64,000 nt of DNA from Felis catus (taxonomy: Eukaryota), in contig NC_058369.1 of NCBI RefSeq assembly GCF_018350175.1, forward strand, positions 6,698,001-6,762,000, read 5' to 3'. The position numbers and the translations under genes were made by a program. Numbering within the stretch: the first letter of the stretch is position 1; each line of letters opens with the position of its first letter. Positions 25,935 through 38,300 of the stretch are shown here, in pieces. Under the pieces are notes generated by a model that was given only the letters and a program-made list of their open reading frames with translations, made no database searches and had not been told where the DNA came from.

Positions 25935-26060
25935 ACTGCTACTACCTGCTATCACTGCTGTTAACTCCTATTACCACCTATTACCATGGTTATTATTACC
26001 ATTACTTCGGCTACTATTACCTCCTATCACTGGGGTTATTACTGCTATTTTTACTACTTT
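25935..26060. repeat. Degenerate (CTA/TTA/CCA)n low-complexity tract next to MIR/L2 remnants
   Basis: Visible trinucleotide periodicity. Confidence 0.6.
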
Positions 26061-26754
26061 TTGTGTTTCCACTACAAAATAAATGTTTGCTGAATCGGAA
26101 TTTGCCAGGAACCATGCTAGACCAAAGCTGGCCAAGGTGACTGGAATTCAGTTACTGATGATGAGTAAAGTTGCATTGGCCGAGACAGCAGCTACTGACT
26201 GGGGTCTCAAAAAATGGTCTGAGGGAAGGATGGAGGACCATTGGGAGGCTTCTCCAGAAAGACCACAAAGCCCATTGACTTGGTCCAGGAACAAAATAAA
26301 AGGGATTTGGACTCTGATGGGGAGCCGTGTCCCTCTTTTACTAAGACCATCTAAAAAAACCCCCACATTTCTGGGAGTGGATATACTAAAATGCTTTATA
26401 TGTGTTTGGTGTTGATGAGGAGGGGGGGTGGGGAGGGACAACTGCCAAGCGCCTAGCGTGCTTTATCTTTTTGATCCTCATCAGAGCACTTAATATACAT
26501 TATATTGTTCTTGCAGTTTCGTAGAAGAGAAAGACAGAAACTCAGAGCTCATCATCTACCAAGGTCACACAGCTGCTGGCCACTGGTGTGGAAATTTGAA
26601 CATCGTTCTGCCTGAGTGCTAAACCAGCACTCTTCAGCACTGAAATCTATGATTCCCTAACTGAAGTTCAAGATCCTGTGGGAGCCAGGATGAAAAGAGA
26701 AGGACGTAAGGAGAAAATGTCCATCCGGAGAGGTTAAACAAGAGTTCTCTGGTT

Positions 26755-26962
26755 CAGTGGTTCTCAAACCTGGGGTGATTTTGCTCCCAGGGGATACTTG
26801 ACGATGTCAGGAGAACTTTTTGGTCATTGCTACTGTGTATATGTGGAGGGTGCTACTGGCATGTGGTGAGTAGAGGCCAAGGATGCTGCTAAACATCCCA
26901 CAGTGCACAGGACAGCCTGCAAGTAATTATTTGCCCGGTGGGACTGAGGCTGAGAAACCCCG
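26755..26962 (+). mobile_element. MER20
   Basis: cagtggttctcaaa...gatgctgctaaacatcc...tgagaaaccc. Confidence 0.85.
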
Positions 26963-27079
26963 CTCTATTTTGAAAGCAGTCAGTGAATATGGTTAGCTAT
27001 TCCTCAGAAGCTTTGCCATCTAAATACTGGTCACCACCTGAATGAAACCCAGTGATTCATTTCTTGGTGACCCGACATA

Positions 27080-27517
27080 GTCAATCCTGTCAACGCCCCA
27101 CTTATACCCTATACAGTGACCCCGATGGGATCCTGATGCAGACTCTGTGACTCCACACCTAAGGGCGTTCACTCAGCCTGTGTGTGTTGGGGTGTGGGGC
27201 AGGCTGGAAGTGCTGAGGGTTATAACCGCAGGGTCAAGCATCCCACAGCCAATGACAGAAGGAAGTTGGCTGACAAAAGCCCCAGCTGCTTCATTCCTCA
27301 GATTAGACAACACTGAGATGTTCTAGGCTGTCTCCCAGAGCTCCCCAGTGGGACCAACACTGTGGCCCATAGCTGTGGCCTGATCATGAATGCACCTTGC
27401 GTTGACTTCCCTTCCTGGTCTTCTCCAGTGCTTTCTGGGACCATCCCCCACCTGTGACAAACCACCTGTCCCATATTCTTAACTCAAGTTTGCTTCTGGG
27501 GGAACCGAATCAAAGAT
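27080..27517 (+). mobile_element. LTR16-like ERVL LTR remnant
   Basis: cagccaatgacaga, cccagagctccccagtggga motifs and terminal tgcttctgggggaacc. Confidence 0.65.
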
Positions 27518-27719
27518 GCCTGGTCATAGGATAAGACTAATAACCTGACTGGGGGGTAGGAGTGACTCTGTCCAAAGCCTGCATCTTGGAAAAAGACTCC
27601 AAAATGTACTGGTAAAATAGACTGGTCTCCAAAAATCTTGGGAACAGCTTAATGGGTATGGGGAGCTTTACCTTTTAACCACACAATGAGGAGGACCCCT
27701 TGCCATATACACCTGCACC

Positions 27720-27925
27720 TCTTAAACTCTCAGACAGAACAATAATACTGAGAAATGTTAACAGGTGCCTTTTAGAAGGAAAGATTCCACAGTCAATAAT
27801 GGTGTAAAACCCTAGGTTGAATAAAGCCAAACGAATTTCTTTACAGTAGAATTTCTCAGAGCCTTTAATATATTTATGCATGCTATCATTCTTTAGGAAG
27901 GAGCAATATATTCGCCAAACTTTTT
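27720..27925. mobile_element. MER103-like DNA transposon remnant
   Basis: tttctttacagtagaatttctcagagcctttaatat motif. Confidence 0.5.
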
Positions 27926-28680
27926 TTTTTTTTGCCACAAAATTCTTTGTCTTTTTGTTAGGGGTATCCAAGCATTACCAAGCCTTAGAAAGTTTCCTGA
28001 ATATTGTATTCTGTTGCTGTCTCCAGGATCATTTCCCACCACTCCATCCTTCTACCTCACACTTTAGCAAAGGTGAATTATTTGTTCCTCCAAGATATTT
28101 CCAGTTTTACCCCTCTCTGTGCTTTTGCATGTGGCTGGCTGTTCCCTCTATCCAGAATGTCTTCATCAACTCCCTTTGTCTTTCTGGTAAATCCCTAGTC
28201 ATCCCTTCAAACCCAGTTCAAATATTATCCCCCCCATGAAGCCTTCCTTCTATAGTTCAAATACATCTTCATTGCATACATTTACATTTGCATCACAGGA
28301 ATTTTGTTCCTTTGTTGTTTCCCGTGGGTCTGAGAGCTCTGAGGACACCGTGCCCAAGGATTCTCATCTGCACATCCTCAGCTTATAGCACAGTCTCTAA
28401 CACAGAGAGAGTGATCAATACGCATTTTCAGAATTAAGTTAAACTGGGTCATATTTGTGGGATTGGCATATCCACCCTTGAACTAAACTCACTATGCATG
28501 TTATGAGGAAAAGAAAAGTGGTAACATCCACCTGGTAACAATTAGACAAAGATCCAGCTAAGACAGGGAAGCCCATGACCACCCCACATTATTCTTTCTC
28601 TTAAGAAACACTTCATCTCTCTGGAAGAGGAAATAAGGTCACAAGTAGGATTATAGGGAAGTAAGCAAAGGTGAACCTAC

Positions 28681-28794
28681 CTGTAGGACTGGCAGATGAT
28701 GTGGGTGCCACATGTACATGGACTGGTCCTGTGACACCTCCATGGGCTGCTTCATTGGGTATCTTTGTAATACGCTCCACGACGCCATCAGTCC
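28681..28794 (-). CDS. MUC16: MUC16 small linker exon, 114 bp (TDGVVERITKIPNEAAHGGVTGPVHVHVAPTSSASPT)
   Basis: ccctcacccacag| acceptor, CAG|GTAGGT donor, phase 1-1; ITKIPNEAAH motif recognised from MUC16. Confidence 0.9.
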
Positions 28795-29937
28795 CTGTGG
28801 GTGAGGGTGGAGAAGAAACCTGGGTTAATTCATCTCATCCAGAGAGAGAGCACTGTTCAAATGAATCCACTTCATTGACTATACAACTCAATTCTTCTCA
28901 AGTCCAGGACTTGAGCCAGGGCTATATGCCACGAGTGACCAGCCCTGTCCATTCGCCCATTCATCCACCCATAGATATGTCCATCTTTCCTTCTACCATT
29001 GCTATATGTACCCATCCATCCTTCCTTCTTTCATTTATCCGTTTTTCCATTCTTCCTTTGATCCTCCTATTCCCCCAACCACCCTTCTACCTTCTTACCA
29101 TCCTGCTTATCCCTTGCTTCCTGAACACCCATGACTCAACTACTGAGCCATGTTTTAAGACCCGGATCAATACCTGTCAATGTACCAATCAATTTTATTG
29201 TGAATTGAGAGGTAACCAAGTCATCCTCCTATAGATGTTGTCCATCGAAGCAGGTGCTAAAGTGGTTAGTGCACCTGTCTCCCAAACAAAAGTTGGGGCC
29301 AAATTCAACTTTTCAGAGGAATGGAATCCCCAAGAGGTTCCTTCCTCATCTTCAGATCTCTTGGAGGGGGTGTACCTCTTCCTAGGACCCAAGTCCTTCC
29401 CACATCCCATACATACTTTGTTCCATCACCTTTTATTTGCTCACCAATTTCTTCACTTTTCCCTTGTGTTTGACTCTGTCCTTAATATAAAAACATAATC
29501 ATTTCAAAGGGGGATATTGAGCCTATATCTATGTGTAATTTAGCTGTTTTGCTAGTTCTATTCAACTCGCTCATACTCCCTTCATTAGAGTCCCTGAGGC
29601 CCCACACGTTGTCAAAGGACTCACCTCATTTCAACTTGACTGTCAAGCATCTGATGGGACTGACAATTTTCCTTCCTAAAACTCTCCCCTCCTATAGCTT
29701 CTGTGATGCCAGAATCTCTTTCTTTTTCTCCTCCCTCCTGACCACTGCCGCTTAGCCTAATAATTAAAAGCATAGATTCCTAGTGCCATATAGTCTGAGT
29801 TCTTACTACTTATTAGCTTTTTGATCTTGAGCAAATCACTTAACCTTCTGTGCCTTGGTTTACTCATCTGTAAAATGAGCTTATAATCATCTTTTCTTTA
29901 AAAAAGTTGTGTTGGAATGAGGATTAAATAACTTAAA

Positions 29938-30133
29938 ATTTTTTTAATGTTTATATTTATTTGAGAGAGAGAGAGAGAGAGAGGCAGAAAGAGAAGGAGA
30001 CACAGAATCTAAAGCAGGCTCCAGGCTCTGAGCTGTCAGCACAGAGCCTGACATGGGCTGGAACCCACGAACTGCGAGATCATGACCTGAGCCAAAGTCG
30101 GATGCTTAACCGACTGAACCCACCCAGGCGCCT
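29938..30133 (-). mobile_element. CAN-SINE
   Basis: Target-site duplication tgaggatta..taacttaa. Confidence 0.9.
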
Positions 30134-30203
30134 GAGGATTATGTAACTTAATAAAACAGTGCCTTGACATAGAATAAGTGCCCTAGGAAAATCTATTGTT
30201 ACT

Positions 30204-30421
30204 GGAGTGCCTGGGTGGCTCAGTTGGTTGAGTGTCTGACTTGGGCTCAAGTCATGATCTCACAGTTCGTGGGTTCAAGCCCTGCGTTGGGCTCTGTGCT
30301 GACGGCTTAGAGCCTGGAGTCTGTTTCAGATTCTGTGTCTCCCCCTCTCTCTGCCTCTCCCCTGCTTGCCCCTGTTTGTGTGTGTGTCTCTCTCTCAAAA
30401 ATAAATAAGCATTAAAGAAAT
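30204..30421 (+). mobile_element. CAN-SINE
   Basis: Target-site duplication aaaatctattgtta. Confidence 0.92.
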
Positions 30422-30682
30422 AAAAATCTATTGTTATTAGCATTATCATTGTCATAATCATAGTAATGTTAAAACATCTATCATGGTACTGGAATCATCC
30501 AATGACTTGCTTATTTATATTTGCTTCTCCAGTGCCTAGAACTGAGGATAGATCAACAAATGTTTGCTGAAAGAATTTCTGTGCAGTAATAAACTCCTAA
30601 ATAACTCCTTTATACCTCTCAGGAAAAGAGTCTTTTCCTATGAGACCCTAATAATGGGAGTACGGGATCAGTGGGTCCTTAC

Positions 30683-31228
30683 TTGTCAGCTGTGTTGAGT
30701 GTGGAGGAAGTTGAGAAGCCCTCGTCTCTGTTCCTAAGTGAATCTGCTCTGTCATTCTGGTATCCACACTGGATGATAAAGATGTCCTGACTGGCTTGGT
30801 CCATGTCTCCAAAGTACTGGCCACAACCAAGGGTCCTTCAGCAGTGCTGCCCTCTGTCCCAGTGTTGGTGGCCACTGTGTGCAGGGTAGCCGTTGAGGAA
30901 GTGCTCCCCTGGGGGGCTGGGCTGGTTGAAACATCTGTGGTAGTGGAGGCCGAAGAGGGGAAAGGCGTTGAAACTGATGAAGGTAGACTGTCTGCCATAC
31001 TGGACAGAGCATCTCTAGGGCCTTGTTGCGTCCAAAATAATGGACTGGCTGAGAAGGCGGCTGAGCTGGCACCTGGGACTCCAGATGTAGCCGCTGACGG
31101 AGAAGGTGCCAATGTGTCAGCTGAAAGGGTCTCAGCTGAAGACAGCATTACTGTGCTCAGGTGATGAGTCCTTTCTGATACAGACACAGAAAGCTTGGGT
31201 TCTGGGAAGGAGGTTACACTGGCAGGCC
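30683..31228 (-). CDS. MUC16: MUC16 PTS exon, 546 bp (GPASVTSFPEPK...PHSTQLT)
   Basis: tctctctttcgcag| acceptor, ACAA|GTAAG donor, phase 1-1, within ORF 30648..31280. Confidence 0.88.
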
Positions 31229-31361
31229 CTGCGAAAGAGAGAGATGCATAAGAGAGAGAGATCCACTTGAATTCCATCACACTGCCAAGATGAAGGCTGG
31301 TCCAAAACTCATATTTTCCCAGTGACTTCAGACTTGGAACCCTTGAAAGTATGAGTGGACA

Positions 31362-31589
31362 GGGGCACCTGGGTGGGTCAGTCAGTTGAGTGTCTGACTT
31401 GTGATTTCAGCCCAGGTCACGATCCCAGGGCTGTGGGATCGAGCCCCTTGTCAGGCTCTGTGACAAGGGTGGAGTCTTCTTGAGATTCTCTCTCTCTCTT
31501 CCTCTGCCCCTAGCCCCTGATCTTGCGCATACTCTCTCTTTCTCTCTCTCCCTCTCTGTCTCCAAAACAAAACAAAACAGAAAAACATT
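31362..31589 (+). mobile_element. CAN-SINE inserted into intronized mucin sequence
   Basis: Target-site duplication agtggacag at 31354 and 31590. Confidence 0.9.
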
Positions 31590-32117
31590 AGTGGACAGAG
31601 GAGATAAAGGTGTGTTTAAAGGTGACTATAAACTAGAGTCTAGGGCTATGAATGTCTCCTGCAGTCCAGGAGAGAGATGGGAAAGTGGCCCTGCCTCAAC
31701 GTTCTGCGGCCAAAGAAGATCAGTACTGGAGTGGAAATATTAGTCTCCTCCGTGGAACAGATAATGCCCATTGGATAAGAGGTTCTGCAAGGCTCATTAG
31801 GACAGAGAAAGGTGCCACATTGCAGAAAAGCTAGTCTACACGTTAATTACAACCATAGTTGTGAAAAGAAACTTATATTCTTTTAATTTACAGTAATGTC
31901 AAGGGTGGCCATTGTTTCAAAGGAGGTGCTCTTCCATAATGGAGATAAAATGATTAAAGATCCCAAGACTATGACTAATAAAACTCTGTCAGAGCTAGAA
32001 ATGTGAGGTGAGGTGAGAGGAATAGGAAATAATTTTCTAATATCAGTTATTGTGAAAGAATCTAAAGAAAGGAAGGTGAAGCATGGAACATTACCAAAAA
32101 AGCAAAAGCAGGGTTTA

Positions 32118-32230
32118 TAAGAAAGAAAGAAAGAAAGAAAGAAGAAAGAAAGAAAGAGGAAAGGAAAGGAAAGGAAAGGAAAGGAAAGGAAAGGAAAGGA
32201 AAGGAAAGAAAAGAAAAGAAAAGAAAAGAA
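32118..32230. repeat. (GAAA)n/(GGAAA)n/(GAAAA)n polypurine microsatellite
   Basis: Directly visible. Confidence 0.95.
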
Positions 32231-32367
32231 ACTCTTGCTTAATGTATCCTTGCAACAATCTGTGTGCTATGGATCCTCTCTCACCCACTAAAATGTGAGT
32301 CACTCAGCCACCAACTGTAGTTAATGTGTCCAAGGTAAGGGTATCCTATGATACAGCCATAGAGTAC

Positions 32368-35300
32368 CTTTCTTGGTGATGATGGTGACTTTTCCAATAT
32401 CAACACTAGGGGAAGAGGTAGAAAGCCCAGTGTTGAATTCCATAGGGATGTCTGGTGACATTGTGGGCTGAACAGGGCCAGGCACAGATGTCCTGCTGGG
32501 GGACATGATGTCTGTCCTGGAAGCCTCAGCACTGGTCCCAGTGAAGACCTCAGAAGGGATGCTGATGTCCTCTGGGGCTGAGCTGGTGGGCTGGGACATG
32601 ATGGTTTCCCTCATTTCCAGGGCGAGAGGCGACGTTGACTGTGTGTCAGTCTCCATGGTTCCAGAGAGGCCAGGCATTGGTGTGGGAGCCATGGTGTCTC
32701 CATCAACGGAGAAGGTCTCAATTGGAGACATGCGTGGGGCTGTTGTTGAGCCAGCTGGGGCTGAGGAGTGGACTTCCCATGCAGTACTGAGGGTCCCCAC
32801 ATGGGTCACTGCTGTGTTTTCGGGAGGGTGAATGGACTTGGCAGTGGTAGAGGCTTCAGACGTGTCCTGTATTTCCACTGAGGTCTGACTCAGACCTGAA
32901 GGTGAACTGGTCACACTTTCTGAGCTCATACCCCATGTGCTGTGGGACCTCAGCAGGCCAGTGGTGACAGGTAAGGTGACAGAGTCAGAAGGAAAAGGAC
33001 TACTGGCTGGCAGTGTGTTGGACACTGAAGAAGCTGAGGTCATGGCATGGGAAGGCACCAGGGGAAATGGAGAGCTGATGTCCTGCTCAGAGGATGGGCT
33101 GGTACGTGACTCATCCTCAGAACCTCTGTCCGCACTAGTGGTCATCTCTGCTCCTATAGAATCCTGAGTCATACCCGAGTGCATATGAGCCCCTGAGGCT
33201 GTGGCTGATGTGTTCCAAGGAAATGTGCCCTGGGATGTAGCCTCCAGGGGAACAGTTTCAGTCGCCATGGTTTTAGGTGCAGCTTCTGCCACGACGGGGG
33301 AGGTAGAGAGCTTGGTGTTGATTCTCGAGGTGAAGTCTTTTGAAATTGTGGGCCAAATAGGGACAGGGATGGATGTTCCCTTGGGGGATATGACGGCTGT
33401 CCTGGAGGCCTCAGGACTAATACCAGTGGGCACCTTGGAAGGGACAGTGCTTTCCTCTGGAGCTGAGCTGGTGTGGGGATACATGCCACTTTCCCATGGT
33501 TCCAGGGCCAGAGATGACATTGACAATGTCACAGTCTGTGTGGTTCCAGAGAAGCCAGGCATCGGCATGGAGGCTGTGGCATCCCCACGGAGGGAAGAAG
33601 TCTCAACTGGAGACGTGCCTGTGGCTGTCTCTGAGCCAGCTGGGGCAGAGGAGTGGGAATCCCCTACAGAACTGAGGGTCCCCACGTGGGTCACTGCTGT
33701 GTTTTCAGGAAGGTAAATGGCCTCTATAGTGGAAGAGGCTTCAGATGAGGTCCGGATGTCCACTAATGTGCTGCTTAGACCTGAGGGTGAACTGGTCACA
33801 CCTTCCAAGCTCATGTCCCATGTACCAGGGATCGTCAGCAGGTCAGGGGTGAGAGATGAGGTGACATGATCAGGTGGAGAAGGGCTAGTGGCTGGCAGTG
33901 TGGGAGACACTGCAGAAATCGAGGACATGGCAGGTAAAGGCATCAAGGAAGATGGAGAGCTGATGTCTTGCTCAGAGGAAGGGCTGGTGGGTGACGCATC
34001 CTCAGAACCTGTGTCCATGCTAGCGGTCATCTCTGAGCGTGGAGAACCCTGAGTCACAACCAAGTGTGTCTGTGCCCCTGATGCTGTGACTGATGTGTCC
34101 CAGGCTAGTGTGCCCTGGGGTGTAGCACCCAGGGGGACAGTTTCAGTGGTCATTGTTATAGGTTCAGATTCTGCCTTGACAGGGTAGGTAGAGAGCCTGG
34201 TTTTGATTTCTGTGGGGATGTCTGGTGACACTGTAGCCTGACCAGGGCCAGGGATGGATGTCCTGCTGGGGGACATGATGGCTGTCCTGGTGGTCTCAGG
34301 ACTAGTACCAGTGGACACCTCAGGAGGGACGGTGATTTCCTCTGTGGCTGAGCTGATGTGCCAGGATGTGCTGGTTTCCCGTGGTTCCAGGGCCAGGGAC
34401 GACGCTGACTGTATCTCAGTCTCTGTGGTTCCAGAGAGGCCAGGCATTTGTGTGGAAGCCAGGGTGTCCCCACTGAGGGAGGAGGTCTCGACTGGAGACA
34501 TTCCTGTGGCTGGCTCTGAGCCATTTGGGGCCGAGGAGTGGGATTCCCATGTGGAACTGAGGGATCCTGTGTGAGTCATCGCTGTGTTTTTGGCATGGGA
34601 AATGGCCTCTGTAGCAGTAGAGTATTCAGACGTGGCCCGAGTCTCCACCACTGAGATGCTGGTTAGACCTGAGGGTGAACTGGTCACCCCTTCTGAGCTC
34701 ATGCCCCACGTGCTGGGGGTCCTCATCAGGCCAGGGGTGAGAGGTGAGGTGACAGGAACCAGAGAAGGACCAGTGGCTGGCAGCGTGGGGGGCACTGCAG
34801 AAGTTGAGGTCATGGCATGGAAAGGCACCAGGGAAGATGGAGAATTGATGTCTTGCTCAGAGGAAGGGCTTGTGTGTGACTCATTCTCAGAAACTCTTTC
34901 CATGCTAGTGGTCACCTCTGAGCGTGGAGAACCCTGAGTTATTGCTGAGTGTATATGAGACCGCCCAGCTGAGGCTGATGTGGACCAGGCTAGTGTGCCC
35001 TGGGAGGTAGCTCCTGCAGGAACTATTCTGGTGGCCATGATTATATGTGCAGATTCTGCCTCAATAAGGGAGGTAGAGAGCCTGGTGTTGATTCCCATGG
35101 GGATGTCAGGGGACATTGTGGGCTGAGAAGGGACAGGGATGGATGTCCTGCTGTGGGAGATGACGTCTGTCCTGGAGGCCTCAGCACTAGAACCTGTGGA
35201 CACCTGAGGGGGGACGGTGATTTCCTCTGTGGCTGAGCTGGTGTGCTGAAAGGAGTCCAATTCCCACAGTTCCGGGGCCAGGGATGACGATGACACTGTT

Positions 35301-38300
35301 TCCTTCTCTGTGGTTCCCAAGAGGCCAGGCATTGGTGTGGAAGCCGTGGTGTCTTGACCGATGGAGGAGGTCTCGATTGGAGATGTTCCTGTGGCTGGTT
35401 CTGATGAGGCTGGGGACGAGGAGTGGGATTCCTGGGCAGAACGGAGGGTTGCCGCATGGGTGACTGCTGTGTATTCAGGAGGGTGAATGGCCTCTGTAGG
35501 GGTAGAGGCTTCAGATGTGGCCCAAGTGTCCACTAACGTGCTGGTCAGAACTGAGGGTGAACTGATCACACCTTCTGTGCTCGTGCCCCACGTGCTGTGG
35601 ATTGTTGGCAGGCCAGTGGTGAGAGGTGGTGAGGTGACAGGAGCAAGAGGAGAAGGCCTACCGGTTGGAAGTGTGGGGGACACTGCAGAGGCTGAGGTCA
35701 TAGCATGTAAAGGCACCAGGGAAGATGGAGAGCTGATGTTCTGCTCAGAGGAAGGGCTGGTGGGTGACTCACCCTCATAATCTCTGTCCACACTAGAGGT
35801 CACCACTGAATGTGGAAAACCCTGAGTCACAGCCAAGTGTGTCGGTGCCCCTAATGTTGTGGCTGTTGTGTCCCAGGCTACTTGGTCCTGGGATGTAGCC
35901 CCAGGGGGAACGGTTTCAGTGGCCATGGTTATAGGTTCAGATTCCGCCATGACAGGGGAGGTAGAGAGCCTGGTGTTGATTTCTGTGAGGATATCTGGTG
36001 ACATCGTGAGCTGAACAGGGCCAGGGGTGGATGTCCTGCTAGAGAACATGACGTCTGTCCTGGAGGCCCCAGCACTAGACTCAGTGGAGACCTTGGAAGA
36101 GATGCTCATGTGCTCTGTGGCTGAGATAGTATGGGGGAATGTGCCAGTTTCCTGTGGTTCCGGGGCCATGGACGACTGTGACTGTGTCTCAGGCTCCGTG
36201 GTTCCAGAGAGGCCAGCCATTGGTGTGGAAGCTGTGGCATCCCGATCGAGGGAGGACGTCTTGATCGGAGACATTCCTGTGGCTATCTCTGAGCCAGCTG
36301 GGGCCGAGGAGCGGCATTCCCATGTGGAACTGAGGGTCCCCTTGTGGGTCACTGCTGTGTTTTCAGAAGGGTGAATAGCGTCCGTAGTGGTAGAGACTTC
36401 AGATGGGGTCCATACATCGACTGAGGTTTGACTGAGACCTGAGGGTGAACTAGTTACACCTTCTGAGCTCGTACCCCATGTGATGTGGGTCCTCGGCAGG
36501 CCAGCGGTGAGAGGTGAGGTGACAGAGTCAGAAGGAAAAGGACTACTGGCTGGCAGAGTGGAGGACACTGCAGAGGACGAGGTCATGGCATGTACAGGCA
36601 CCAAGGAAGATGGAGAGCTGGCATCCTGCTCAGAAGAAGGGCTTGAGAGTGACACACCCTCAGATCGCCTGCCCATGCTAGTGCTCACGTCTGAAGGTGG
36701 AGAACCCTGAGTCACAGCCGAGAGCGTATGAGGCTCCAAGGCTGTCGCTAATGTGCCCCAGGCTAGCATGCCCTGGGATATAGCTTCCGGGGGAATGGTT
36801 TCACTGGCCTTGGCTATAGGTGAAGATTCTGCCATAACTGGCGAGGCAGAGAGCCTGGTGTTGATTCCCATGGGGATGCCTGGTGACACTGTGGCCCGAG
36901 TAGGGACAGGGATGGAAGTTCCACTCCGGGAGATGAACACTGTCCTGGAGACCCCAGACCTAGTACCAGTGGACACCTCGGAAGGGACAGTAATTTCCTC
37001 TGTAGCTGAGGTGGTGTGCTGGGATGTGATGCTTTCCTGTGGTTGCGGGGCCAGGGAGGACTTTGGCTGTGTCTGAGGCTCCGTGGTTCCAGAGGAGCCA
37101 GGCATTGGTGTGACAGCCATTGTGGTCCCACCAGTGGGGGAGGTCTCAATCGGAGATGTGCCAGTGGCTGTCTCTGAGACAGCTGGGGCTGAGGAGTGGG
37201 CTTCCCATGCAGTACTGAGGGTCCCCATGTGGGTCACTGCTGTGGTTTTGGGAGGGTGAATGGCCTCTGTAGTGGAGGAGGCTTCAGATGTGGCCTGGGT
37301 CTCCACTGAGATGCTGCTCGGGCCTGAGTCTGAACTGGTCACGCTTTCCGAGCTCATGCCCCATGTCCTCAAGAGGCTGAGGGTGAGAGGTAAGGTGACA
37401 GAAGCAGGAGGAGAAGGGCTAGTGGCTGGTAATGTGGGGGACACTGCAGAGGCTGAGGTCATGGCATGGAAAGGCTCCAGGGAAGATGGAGACCTGATGT
37501 CCTGCTCAGTGGAAGGGCTTCTGCGTGACATATCCTCAGAAACCCTGTCCACGCTAGTAGTCCCATCTGAGTGTGGAGAACTCTGAGTCACAACCGAGTG
37601 CATCTCTGTCCACGAAGCTGTGGCTGATGAGTCCCAGGCTATACTGCCTTGGGATGTAGTCGGTTGGGGAACTGTTTTGGTGGCGATGGATATGGGTGAG
37701 GATTCTGCGATGACAGGTGAGATAGAGATCCTGTTGTTGATACCCGTGGGGATGTCTGGTGACAACGTTGGCCGACCAGGTCCAGGGATGGATGTCCTGC
37801 TAGGGGAGATGACAGCTGTCCTAGAGGCCTCAGCACTATTACCAGTGGACAGCTGAGAAAGGACGGTGATTTCCTCTGGGGCTGAGCTGGTATGGGGGGA
37901 TGTTCCAGTTTCCCGTGGTTCTGGGGCCTGGGATGACATTGACTGTGCCTTTATCTCCGTGGTTGCAGACAGGTCAGGAATTGGAGTGGAAGCCTTGATG
38001 TCTCCATCGAGGGAGGAGGTCTTGACTAGAGATGTGCCTGTGGCTGATTCTGAGCCAGCCGGGGCCGAGGAGTGGGATTCCCTTGAGGTACCGAGGGTCC
38101 CCACCTGGGACACTGCTGTGTTTTCAGAAGGGGGCATTGTATTTGTAGTGGTAGAGGCTTCAGGCGTGGCCCATATCTCCACTGAGGTCTGACTCAGGCC
38201 TGAGGGTGAACTGTTCACACCTTCCGAGCTCGTACCCCATGTGATGTGGGTCCTCGGCAGGCCAGCGGTGAGAGGTGAGGTGACAGAGTCAGAAGGAAAA

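Noticed and set aside
28671..29234. 187-aa plus-strand ORF with a hydrophobic stretch
   Set aside because: Antisense to a linker exon plus pyrimidine-rich low-complexity intron; no recognisable domain
32321..32367. Stops ending the long ORFs (32321, 21226, 30648, 59023) as signs of separate genes or a MUC16 pseudogene
   Set aside because: Each lies just past a phase-compatible GT donor, and all downstream exons are intact
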